Below, piece after piece: positions 25,696 to 35,980 of a stretch of DNA of 64,000 nucleotides (within the stretch, counting starts at the first letter, position 1; every line of letters starts with the position of its first letter). The notes beneath the pieces are model-generated. The model was not told the DNA's origin and did no database searches. It was given only the letters and a program-made list of their open reading frames with translations. The translations under genes and the position numbers were made by a program. The DNA is taken from contig NC_057718.1 in assembly GCF_004010195.1 (NCBI RefSeq), positions 71,293,715-71,357,714 on the forward strand, read 5' to 3'. The stretch is from Chiloscyllium plagiosum (Eukaryota).

Positions 25696-27013
25696 TCCCA
25701 ACGGACAGTCCTTTAGGAAAAATGTTAAGAGATTGAAAGTACAATCCTTGGACACAAAATGATAAAAAATGATAAAATGTCAATGAAAAAACAGCCTTAC
25801 AGTCAGGAGGAATCAGATTATGCTTCGTGTCAGAAGGGCTAGTAGCTGAAGGGCTACTGAGGGTGCACTTCATAACTTACCTATGGCCAGACATCCAGAA
25901 AAATATTCAAAAGCTAAAGGAGTCATTGCGGGAAGCTCAAAGTGTCTGTGAGATACAGTGTTTGTGTGTCTGTGTGAGTGAGTGAGTGAAAAAAAGCTAA
26001 CAGAAAGTTTAACCCTTTGTGACTTGGTTTGAATGCACATTTGTTTGTTGGTGATTGAATGTTTGTGCTTTGTTCCCTGGAGCTTGAGATCCAGGACTGT
26101 TTTGAATCTGATTTCTATTATGGAAATTTTAACATGATTTCTTTTAAGTTTAAGGATTTTACAGATTATGAAATAAAATGTTAACTCCTGCTCTTCTTAC
26201 AGTTCATGACGGCCTTACTATCAGTTTCTAACTAATCTCTTTTATCCTTACATAAAAGCGATTTATGGAGGACAGTTGAAGTTTTAACTTGAATAGACAA
26301 ATTCCTTTTAAGGCAGCTCTGGTTATTTCATGACCAATAGCATTGTAATTGAGCAATGACTGGTCAGGACTACTTGGGAGGACTAGTTTTGGATTTGAAT
26401 CGGGGGACTAGAACTGGGTGATTGTGGTGGATTTCAGAGTTGGCATTTTGAATATTAAACACTGAGTTAATGAATTTATGATATATAAATATATATTTAC
26501 AAGTAAGATTCCAAAATGTATAGTTAGGAACAGACTTTAAAGAAAAGCAAGCTTAAATTGATAAATTGTATTTGAGATTACAGGGAGCAAGAAATATTGC
26601 AATATTTCTTTAAAAAAAAATCAAGGTCCTAACAAAACATTGGGTGATGAGGAATGGCCATGAGGTGGCCCTAAAGCTGTTCAGTTGTTTAAATCAGCTC
26701 TGGCAACGTAACATGAGAAGCAGAAACAGAAGGCAAAAATAAGCCACGGTTGATGAGATAATAAAGAAAAGGACAAAACTAAAAAGGAGAAGGAAACTTG
26801 AATGGTGGCAAGCAGCATGTTAAAAATAAAGGGAGGAGAAGCGATCAGGGAGGAGATGTTAAGGGGTCTGGTAGACAGGAACAAGGATCAAAGTAGAAAT
26901 CCCCACAGGTGGGATATTATTACTGTGGAAAGACAGGTCACTTTAAGAGAGAGTGTCCAGATCCGAAAAAGGAAGTAAAGGCAGTGCTGTTTATGAACCT
27001 TGATGAAAAATAG
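25695..27013 (+). pseudogene. gag: ERV gag remnants (MA, CA C-terminus, zinc knuckle)
   Basis: PTDSPLGKML; HFITYLWPDIQKNIQKL; EKQKQKAKI; YYCGKTGHFKRECP; ends at TAG 27011-27013; internal deletions and non-coding interruptions. Confidence 0.8.
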
Positions 27014-27160
27014 GGGTGTCAGGAGTTCTTGCCCCTGGGGACCCACCATGAACCCTTGATAAATTTAAAGGTGGGACCTTACAAAGAGGACGTAATTTTC
27101 CTCGTCAATACGGGGGCAGCAAGGTCATCCTTAAAATTTAAGCCCAAGGGAGTGGGAACA
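27014..27160 (+). pseudogene. pro: ERV protease N-terminus, active-site D changed to N
   Basis: GCQEFLPLGTHHEPLINLKVG..FLVNTGAARSSL in frame after the gag TAG. Confidence 0.85.
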
Positions 27161-27529
27161 AAAAAGTTAATTGGATTATGGCAACAGTTTTGTGGCAATA
27201 TCTCGTCATCAGTTTTGTGCTCATGACGAGATATTGCCACCAAATTGGGGATTGAATTAACTGCAAATGGTGCTATGGAATCTGTTGAGTTTCTTAAAAA
27301 TGAATGTGCTCGAGCAAAACAATTACAGAAACAGAATGAGAAGTCACAAGTGACTGGTAAACAAACAGAACTGCGCGATTACAGTTGTTAAAATGTTTTA
27401 GTCACTTGTAGTGTTTCCACCCTGAATTATATAATATATATAATTAATATTTATACTAAATCAATTGTGTTAGCCTGAATCAATATTAATTGACCCAGAC
27501 ACCTCTACTTGAGTTCGACAACCGGGTGA

Positions 27530-27745
27530 TTGGGTCCTGATCAAGACCTGGAAAGTACCAAACTGCACCCGAGCTGGGATGGACCATTCCTAACCCTCCT
27601 GACTACTGAGACAGCTATCCGAACTGCTGAGAAAGGGTGGAGTCATCACACTCGCGTTAAAGATCCTGTGAACGTCCCATTGGCAGTGTGGCATGCTCAT
27701 CCTACAGACAACCCTCTGAAAATTAAGCTAAGAAAGAAGGAATGA
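27530..27745 (+). pseudogene. pol: ERV integrase C-terminal (GPY/F) fragment
   Basis: LHPSWDGPFLTLLTTETAIRTAEKGWSHHTRVK. Confidence 0.85.
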
Positions 27746-27888
27746 ACTGAGGTAAAAGACTCTTTCACTCTTTTTAACATTTGATGATTATATATATAGT
27801 TATTAGTTGTAAGGGCTGTGTGGACTCACCTTTCCCTGGTGCCTAAAAGATTAAGACAGATAGACAGGACGGTAGGCAGGGGTCAGAG

Positions 27889-29116
27889 ATGGGCGGGTAC
27901 TGGTATAGTATAGTAACGTTAGTAGTATTAACTGTTCAAGGAGGCGGGAAAAATTACTTCACTACACTATGCCAAAATTATGCTGAACAAGAGGGACTTG
28001 CCGACTGTTGGGTCTGTGCAGAGGTCCCACACCATGACGAATCTGTGATCCCCACCTCGGTAATACAGCTCACCAAAAGAGAAGTGTACGATGTATAACA
28101 ATTTGACTCGGGCTCAAATGATACAAAGTGGAGATTTGACAGGGGTAAATATAACTTTGCGGGATGGTTCCCTAGACCAGCCCCAAAAACCCAGGGTGCT
28201 ATCGATGGCCTTAGAATTTCCACACCGAAAGGAGCAGTAAATACCACTTGTTTCTGTAATCAGAATAACGCCGCACCCTTCCAATTAGGAAAATCATCTT
28301 GTGTCTACACCAGCCAAGCCACTGCCATGACCACTCCCCGAATATTAAACGGAACATATTGGGTATGCGGCCTGAAGGCCTATCCATTTATTCCCGTGGA
28401 AAAATACATTCGCGTGACCAAATGTATAGGAAACACTGCCTCAAGACCAGAAAGGCTGGAGTGGCTGCTGTTACCTCACTTATATAATCCCTCACCTCCG
28501 AATAGAAAAACATGAGCCCAACCTGAGAAAGGAAGGGGGAATAAGACGTAAGATCAGAGAAGTCTCTGAAGGAGACTGTCTGTTGTGGACACTATTCCCA
28601 AACTACGGCACTACAAGGGCAGGGGTGGAAATACAGAAACTGGCGGCTGCCCTTGAAAATTTAATTAATGATACCACCGGCGCAATGGAAGAAACTCAAT
28701 CCCAAATATCGGCCATAACCACCAAAATGATTGCCACAAGACTGAAAGCTTTACAGAATCGAATGGCTTTAGACTATCTTTCGGCCGAAAAAGGGGGAAT
28801 CTGTGCTCTGATTGGTAAGGAATGTTGCACCATCATCCCAGACACCTCTTCCATAATGGAAGATAAGGCAGAAATAGTAAAGAAAAAGATAACCAATACA
28901 AGAGAAATTGGGGATGAACTCCGAAAAGATGAAGGATGGGGATGGGGCAACTGGGGACTGACTGGTTGGGGAAAATGGTTAGTTAATTTAGGCATTTATG
29001 TATTACTAATAATAGTAGGTCTATTGATAGGGTTTAATGTGTTAAAGTGGATAATGACTAAGCTGGTAATGTCTTTGGGAGGACAACAATCAATAATGGT
29101 CATGACAATAGCATAA
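27889..29116 (+). pseudogene. env: ERV envelope (gamma-type SU+TM), about 408 aa when repaired
   Basis: Signal peptide, CWVC (CxxC), NGTYWVCG, W.GCCY, RRKIR cleavage site, ISD LQNRMALDYLSAEKGG, CX6CC (CALIGKECC), TM helix; one in-frame TAA (28096-28098) and one frameshift (~28410-28453). Confidence 0.92.
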
Positions 29117-29282
29117 GCACAAGAAAGAGAGAGGAGCAGATTACTCCTAGAGTTTGAATAAAAAGATAGACTTAGAAGGACAGAAATAGCAAGATTGTGA
29201 ACCTCGGCACCATAGGGTGAAAAGAGGGCAGAAAATAAAATTGCAAAAACAACAAATAGTTAAAGAAAAGAAATGGGGGAAT

Positions 29283-29913
29283 TGTAAGAAATGGGGAAGT
29301 GTGTTGTTTTTGAAGAAATAGAAAAGCAAGAGAGTATATGTGCAGAAAAGGGGGACAAGAAAAATATCAGCTGGGCAAGCATTAGGGAAATGTATCTTTA
29401 TCTTTAATGAATAATTGTGGAGAATTAAATACTAACTTTAGTGCAGAATTATTAAAGCAAATAATTATTTTAAATAATAGTCTCAGTAAAATAGCTGAGA
29501 CAGCTGAAACGCATAAACCAAGCATGAAAAGATACATTGTTAAAACGTATGTTCAAGAATGGAATGTACTTATGAACAATGGAAGATGTTACAAGCAAAG
29601 TAAAAGAACATCAAGATACAAGTTTAGCCTTATGTCAGCACTTACAGAGGGAAAGGTTGCCAACTTGGAGAAAAGGGGGCAATAAGGGTGGAGCGCAGCT
29701 GGGTAGTGGTAGAATACAATAAAAAGTTTGGGTAATGTAAGAGTCGGGAGAGGTGACCTCACACAGCTCAAAAGTACAACTGTGTACTAGTTTGAATGTT
29801 CATTACTCATTTTCTTCTGCATTTAATGCCCTTTCTTGCAAGATTGTAGAATAAATTGTCTTGTTTCCAGTTTTGGTGGTCTTGTCTAAATTTTATTAAA
29901 CCTGTTTCTAACA
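29283..29913 (+). repeat. ERV 3' LTR
   Basis: Preceded by PPT AAAGAAAAGAAATGGGGGAAT; near-identical to 23953-24583. Confidence 0.95.
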
Positions 29914-29919
29914 TGAGGA

Positions 29920-32300
29920 ACTCTGGATGCCAGTGTCCTAGATGACCACAAGTTCTGGAAGTGCCCCAGTTGCAGAAGCTGGAGCTCTGGGATTTGGAGC
30001 TGAAGCAGTGTTTGGAGACACTGTGACACATCCACAAGGCTGACAGTTATGTGGATAGCATGATGAGGGAGGTGATCAGACCAAGCTCAAGGGACTAGAC
30101 AAAAGAAGGGAATGAATAACCACCAGACAGTTCAGAAAGAACAGGCAGGTAGTGAAGGAGTCCCCTGAAGTCCCACTCATGAACTGGTATTCCAGTTTTG
30201 GAAGCTGTAGAGGGTGTTGGTTCATCAGAGCAGTTCGATCAGAGCCAAGCTCCTGGCAGCACAATCGGCTTGAGTGTATAGTGGGGGAGGAAGAAGGAAG
30301 GAAGAACAATAGTGATGGGTGATTCTTTAGTCAGTGGAGCAGACAGGCAGTTCAGTGGCTGAAGACATGATTCCAAGATAGTGTTTTATCTCGCTGCTGC
30401 CAGGGTTATGGATGTCACCAAATGGTTGTAGGGCTTCCTGAAAGGGGAGCATGCTGAATTAGAGGTCACAGCACATGTTGGTACCAACAAAATGGGAAAA
30501 GTGAGGAATGAGGGGAGCTCGGCAGTATATTAAAAAGCAAGACTTCAATGTTTGTAATCTCTGGATTACGCCCAGTGCCACATGTTTGTGCGTATAGAAA
30601 TTGGAGAATAGGATAGATGAATGTGTGGCTCAAGAGTTGATGCAAGAGGGAGGGTTTTAGATTCTGGATCACTGGGATGTTTTTGGAGAAGATGGAACAT
30701 GTATAAATGAGATGGTGTACACTTGAACCATACTGGGACCCATATCCTCGCATACAGGTTTGCTCGTGCTGTTGGGAGGAATTTAAGCTAGTCTGGCAGG
30801 GGAAGGGATACAGAATGTTGATGAAAGAGACACATCATGCTACAGCAAAGAAAGTAAACACAGTGAGTTAAGCTATGTTGAATGTCAAGAGCATGAGGCA
30901 AGGCTGGAAGGTCTTCACTTTAATGCTAGCAATGTTACAGTTGAGACGGATGAGTTAAAGGCATAGATTGACAAATGGAAGTGTGATGTTGCTGCCATCA
31001 CAGCAACATGGTTGAAGGAAGGGCTGGACTGGCAACTAATCATTCTGGGATGTAGGACCTTTAGGCGAAGAGGGTGTAAAAAGGGTGATGGTGTAGCATT
31101 GTTAATCAAGAAGTCAATTACTGCAATAAGAGGAGATGATATCTTGGAAAGATCCTCAAATGAGTCTTTGTGGGTGGAACCTAGGAATGTTAAGGGGCAG
31201 CCACTTTATTGGGAGTGTATTATACGGCCCAAATCAGTCAGCAAAAAATAGATTAGATTAGATTACTTACAGTGTGGAAACAGGCCCTTCGGCCCAACAA
31301 GTCCACACCGACCCGCCACCCACCCATACCCCTACATTTACCCATTTAACCTAACACTACGGGCAATTTAGCATGGCCAATTCACCTGACCTGCACATCT
31401 TTGGACTGTGGGAGGAAACCGGAGCACCCGGAGGAAACCCACGCAGACAACGTGCCAACTCCACACAGTCAGTCGCCTGAGTCGGGAATTGAACCCGGGT
31501 CTCTGGCGCTGTGAGGCAGCAGTGCCCACCGAAATAGAGGAGCAAATCTGTAGACAATTCATAGAGGTGTTAATAATTTGGTAATTATACTAAGGGATTT
31601 CAACTTTCCCAACATAAACTAGGATAGTCATATTTTTAAGCGTTTCAAGAAGGCAGACTTCTTGAAATGTATCCAGGGGAGTTTTTTGTATCATTAAATG
31701 GAAAGCCCAACAAAGGGTAGTGCATAGCTGGATCTGGTTCTGAGGAAACCAACTGAACAAATATTTGATGGAATATTTAAGTAATAGTGAGTACAACATG
31801 GTATGGTTCAAATTTATTACAGACAAGGAAAGTCATGGCCTGCAAAAGGTGGCTTTGTATTGGGGAAAAGTAGATTTTATTAAAATAAAACAGGATTTGG
31901 CCAAAGTTGACTGGGAACAGCTCCTCGTAGTTATTTGGATGGCATTCAAAAAGGAACCGGAGATAGTACAAGTCCAAAGCATACCCTTTAAGGGGAAATA
32001 TAGCAGCAAAAGGTTCAGAGAATCCTGGGATAAGGTGATACATTGACAGGGTGATAGGTAGATAGGGTGACATGTATGTCAGGTGGCAGGTTGGAAGGTT
32101 GATGAGATGGCAGACTAGTTGGCAGGGAGAGTAACATGTTGGTAGCTGGGTAGGATGGCAAGTTGGTGTGGTGACAGGTTGGACCTTTTTGAGGCTCACC
32201 TATTAAAGATAGCATGATTAGAACAAATGTGATGGACAAAGACATTGGGAGAATGGAATGGAATCTTTCCAGGGAGCAAAGTGCGAGGATGTCCAAATAA
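29920..32300 (+). mobile_element. Old CR1 LINE (ORF1 and endonuclease region), the target of the ERV insertion
   Basis: GGGTGATTCTTTAGTCAG (GDS motif), ESLWVE, GDFNFPNI-like GGGATTTCAACTTTCCCAACATA. Confidence 0.7.
31250..31530 (-). mobile_element. HE1/V-SINE
   Basis: Reverse-complement SINE; AAATAGA on both sides is a plausible TSD. Confidence 0.9.
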
Positions 32301-32327
32301 TAGTGAGGTTCAGTGGCCAGCTCACCG

Positions 32328-32565
32328 TGGGCGGCACGGTGGCACAGTGGTTAGCACATTCTTTCCGTGTCTGCATGGGTTTCCTCCGGGTGCTCCGGTT
32401 TCCTCTCACAGTCCAAAGATGTCCAGGTCAGGTGAATTGGCCATGCTAAATTGCCCGTAGTGTTAGGTAAGGGGTAAAGTTGGGGTATGGGTGGGTTGCG
32501 CTTCGGCGGGTTGGTGTGGACTTGTTGGGCCGAAGGGCCTGTTTCCATACTGTAATGTAATGTAA
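32328..32565 (+). mobile_element. HE1/V-SINE with internal deletion
   Basis: A-box head joined directly to the V core; B-box segment missing. Confidence 0.88.
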
Positions 32566-33341
32566 TCCCAAATTAAAGGAAATGATAAATGAGATATGAA
32601 GATCATACTCAGATAGATTTTACATACCTTTTGAAAGTGAAGAAGTTAGAGGGCTGCGGAGTCAGAGCTGCAGAGTGGAACTGGCTGGGTAGCTCTTTCG
32701 GGAGCTGCTACAGACATGATAGGTTGAATGGCTTCCTTCCGTATTGTGAAGTTCAATGATTCTATACAGCTACTCAGTGTTGCAAAGAGGCAACATTACT
32801 CTAGGTTTAGTACATAGTTAATGGAATCATGAAAGTCATGAAACTACTTGTGCCAGATTTCTCACCAACAAGGCGAGGGTGGGTGTGGTGGTGGCAGTGC
32901 CTATCTCTGTTCTGCTTTCGGTCAATACACAATAGCAATCAGTCTGGTTCTGTAAGATTTCACACCTTATTCAATCTCGGCAGAGCACAGGTTGTCCAGT
33001 AACACAGAGGTTAAACACTTCCGTTTTCCTCAGAGAGACTGCGCACATGGCTTAAAACAAAGACATTTTTTGAGAGAAGCGCAGGAGATCATTCCAGAGG
33101 ACATTAGACAATTACCAATCAATCAATTTTAATAAAATTACTTTATTGACAGCAACTTAGCCCAATGATATTTCCTGGGAACCAATCTTACAGCGCCCCT
33201 ATATTGTGAAACTATTCTTTGCACCTGCCCTTGCAAGGTCAGTTAGGATGGCTAGTAATGTCTTATCTGGTCTAGTTATTTCTATGCTGTAACGGAAGCA
33301 TTATCTGCTAATCTTTGTTGAACCAGACTATGGTGAGTTCA

Positions 33342-33554
33342 AAGGAGAAAGTGAGGACTGCAGATGCTGGAGATCAGAGCTGAAAACGTGTTGCTGGAAA
33401 AGTGCAGCAGGTCAGGCAGCATCCAAGGAACAGGAGAATCGACGTTTCAGGCATAAGCCCTCCTGAAGAAGGGCTTATGCCTGAAACGTCGATTCTCCTG
33501 TTCCTTGGATGCTGCCTGACCTGCTGCGCTTTTCCAGCAACACATTTTCAGCTG
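33342..33554. mobile_element. Penelope-derived fold-back element with hammerhead core
   Basis: 84-bp inverted arms 33378-33461 and 33470-33553 (2 mismatches); 11-bp TSD TGGTGAGTTCA at 33331-33341 and 33555-33565. Confidence 0.85.
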
Positions 33555-33839
33555 TGGTGAGTTCAGGAATGCAGCTTTTAGCAGCTTTAAGCAGAATTGT
33601 CAATTTGCAGCCTAGAAGCCATTTTGTTATGTTATTTGCATTAATAAGCCATTTTATTGCTGCCTATATAAATAAGAGCATGTATTGAATGGTTGTTTCT
33701 GACTACAGTTAGTTACTTCAGCCTGTATTCAGATTTCAGATCCTCAGAACCACCCAAATCAAAGCCAGTACAGTAGTATTTGATCTTGTTTCATACAGTT
33801 GCTTTTTCTTTCCAGAAACGGAAGTGTAACCAAGTCTAT

Positions 33840-35170
33840 CTTCATCTGAAGGACTGTCTAAGACACATGGGAACACCACCCACCATGTATACGGCAGGTA
33901 CTCATGTGACTCGGCCAACATTGTCTATCTCATACACTGCAGGCAACGATGCCATAAGGCATGGTACATTGGTGAGACCAAGCTGACGCTACAACAATGG
34001 AGGAATGGACACTGCGCAACATTCGCCAATAGGGATGTTCCTTCCCAGCCAGGGAACACTTCAGCGGTCAGAGATATTCAGCCTCAGACCTTTGGGTGAC
34101 CATCCTCCAAGGCAGACTTTGGTATACGCAACAATGCAGAATGGAGAGTATGGTGCTGGAAAAGCACAGCAGGTCAGGCAGCATCCAAGGAGCAGGAAAA
34201 TCGACGTTCCGGGCAAACGCCTTTTATCAGGGTTCAGGCAAAAGCCCTTCTGGCTCCTCAGATGCTGCCTGACCTGCTGCCTTTTCCAGCAACATCTTCT
34301 TGACTCTAATCTCCAGCATCTGCAGTCCACATTTTCACCTAACAACACCGAGTGGCTGATTAGAAGCTGTTAGCTAAGGATGGCCTCAGCCAGGACCTTG
34401 GGTTCAGGTTACATTATAGGTGACCCCCCCCTACACTATACACTCACACAAATACACACACTCTTACATAGCCACACACTCACACAGACCCTCTTTCATA
34501 CTTACTCCCTCCCCCACACTCACATCCTCTCACAGACATATACTCCATCACACTCACGCACACACCCTGTCAAGCATGCACACTCATACTTTTCTCACCC
34601 ATCTCATACACACCCACACACTTAACGTTTGCAGAATTGTATTTGTAGGTACATTCTATTTTGTTCAAACTGTCGGCAATCTGTGTGACATTTTATAAAT
34701 TCCACTTTGGAAATAGAACCATTCTCACTCAAGATTGGAATACAGACTCTAACCTCACACTCTTAATGCATTGTCTGAGCTGAGGTGTCACGTTTTTAAA
34801 AATAAAATCTTAAATTATCTCGAGAATGTGACTTGAAAGAAGTTCTGGGATTCACATATTAATGAATCAAAACCTGCAACCCATTCTAAAAGTTGAAAGA
34901 CTGTTAGCAATCTAGGTTTGTTCAATGTATTGCATCATTTGTATGACATTATGATCTTTTGCTATAAATTCTGTGTACTATGGTCCTGCCTGTTGAGCTA
35001 TCAAATGAAGGAGCAGCGCTTCGAAAGCTTGTACTTCCAAATAAACCTATTCGACTATAAACTGGTGTTTAGATCAGATTGGTGCTGGAAAATCACAACA
35101 CGTCAGGCTACATCCGATGAGCAGAAAAATCGACGTTTCGGGCAAAAGCCCTTCATGTGATTTTTAATAT
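33840..35170 (+). mobile_element. Penelope-like element 3' part (GIY-YIG, CA-rich 3' UTR, decayed hammerhead), with nested fold-back fragments
   Basis: SCDSANIVYLIHC..WYIGETK remnant at ~33900-33985; ATGAAGGAGCAGCGCTTCGAAAGCTTG at ~35005; nested pieces at ~34145-34340 and ~35070-35157. Confidence 0.72.
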
Positions 35171-35489
35171 TGTCTAAGAAAACACGCATGTATCCAGTTG
35201 CCCAGACAATGCAGAGTAGATGCCTGAAAAAAATTGACAAAAACCTTATCATGATTAATTATTTATGTGGGCAAGGGAGGGAATTGGTGAAAAGTCGTTT
35301 AATCAACAGAGCAACAGAGACAAAAGCAGAAATTGCTGGAAAAACTAAGCTGATTTGGCAGCATCAATGGAGATAAAGCAAAGTTAATGTTTCGGTCCAG
35401 TGACTCTCCTGGATCTAAAATGTTAATTGATTTCTTTCCGCAAATGCTGTCTGATCTACTGAGTTTTTCCAGCAACTTTCGTTCTTGGT

Positions 35490-35980
35490 TCAGATTTCGA
35501 ACACCCGGAGTTCTTCTGGTTCTCCATAGCAACAATGTAAAATTACCCACAATGCCACATACCGCGGGTACTCTCTTTTCCTGTTTGCGAGAAGGAGTCG
35601 AACATGGCGGCGATGGAAGGTGCGTTAAATGTATTGGGGCAGAGAACGTCTGGAGATTCGATTCGCACTCAGAATGGTAAGATATAGTGGATGACTTTAT
35701 AAGCGAAGAAAGGTGACGCTTCTTAGTTCTTTCCGAGTGGTATTTCCACAGACAGAGAGATCTGGGATCTTTCGTGGTCCCTCGTGAGATAAAGACACGT
35801 GCGTTATCGGTGAATGAGTAGGTAAAACGAGAATCCAAAAACTTACTCATGTCTGCGAGCTTGGCTTCTAGTTCTTGGATTCGGAGGCAAACGGTTGCCC
35901 CGTATCGCGGTTCGGCCCCGCCCGTCATCTCCGAATGTTCCAGAAGCTTCCCGTCTGGAGAACCGTCCCACGTTCAACCC
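35490..35980 (+). promoter_or_regulatory. TCP1: TCP1 promoter / CpG-rich region with X-box, TOP-like tract and YY1-like motif
   Basis: High CpG density; GTTCTCCATAGCAAC (35519-35533); CTCTCTTTTCC (35571-35581); AACATGGCGG over the start codon. Confidence 0.7.
35604..35676 (+). CDS. TCP1: T-complex protein 1 subunit alpha, coding exon 1
   Basis: MAAMEGALNVLGQRTSGDSIRTQN, donor G|GTAAG; matches the vertebrate CCT-alpha N-terminus (second ATG at 35613). Confidence 0.93.

Larger units (their letters stand above)
23953..29913 (+). mobile_element. Endogenous retrovirus, class I (gamma/epsilon-like), pol largely deleted, env nearly intact
   Basis: Two 631-bp TG..CA LTRs, tRNA-Pro-like PBS, gag remnants, TAG readthrough into protease, integrase C-terminus, gamma-type env, PPT; flanks TGAGGAG / TGAGGAA. 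Confidence 0.95.

Noticed and set aside
32030..32185. G-rich degenerate short-period repeat
   Set aside because: Decayed simple repeat with no regular spacers; not CRISPR-like or telomeric.
35299..35928. 209-aa minus-strand ORF overlapping TCP1 exon 1
   Set aside because: No recognisable homology, non-ATG start, runs through a CpG-rich region and into a repeat; not MRPL18-like.
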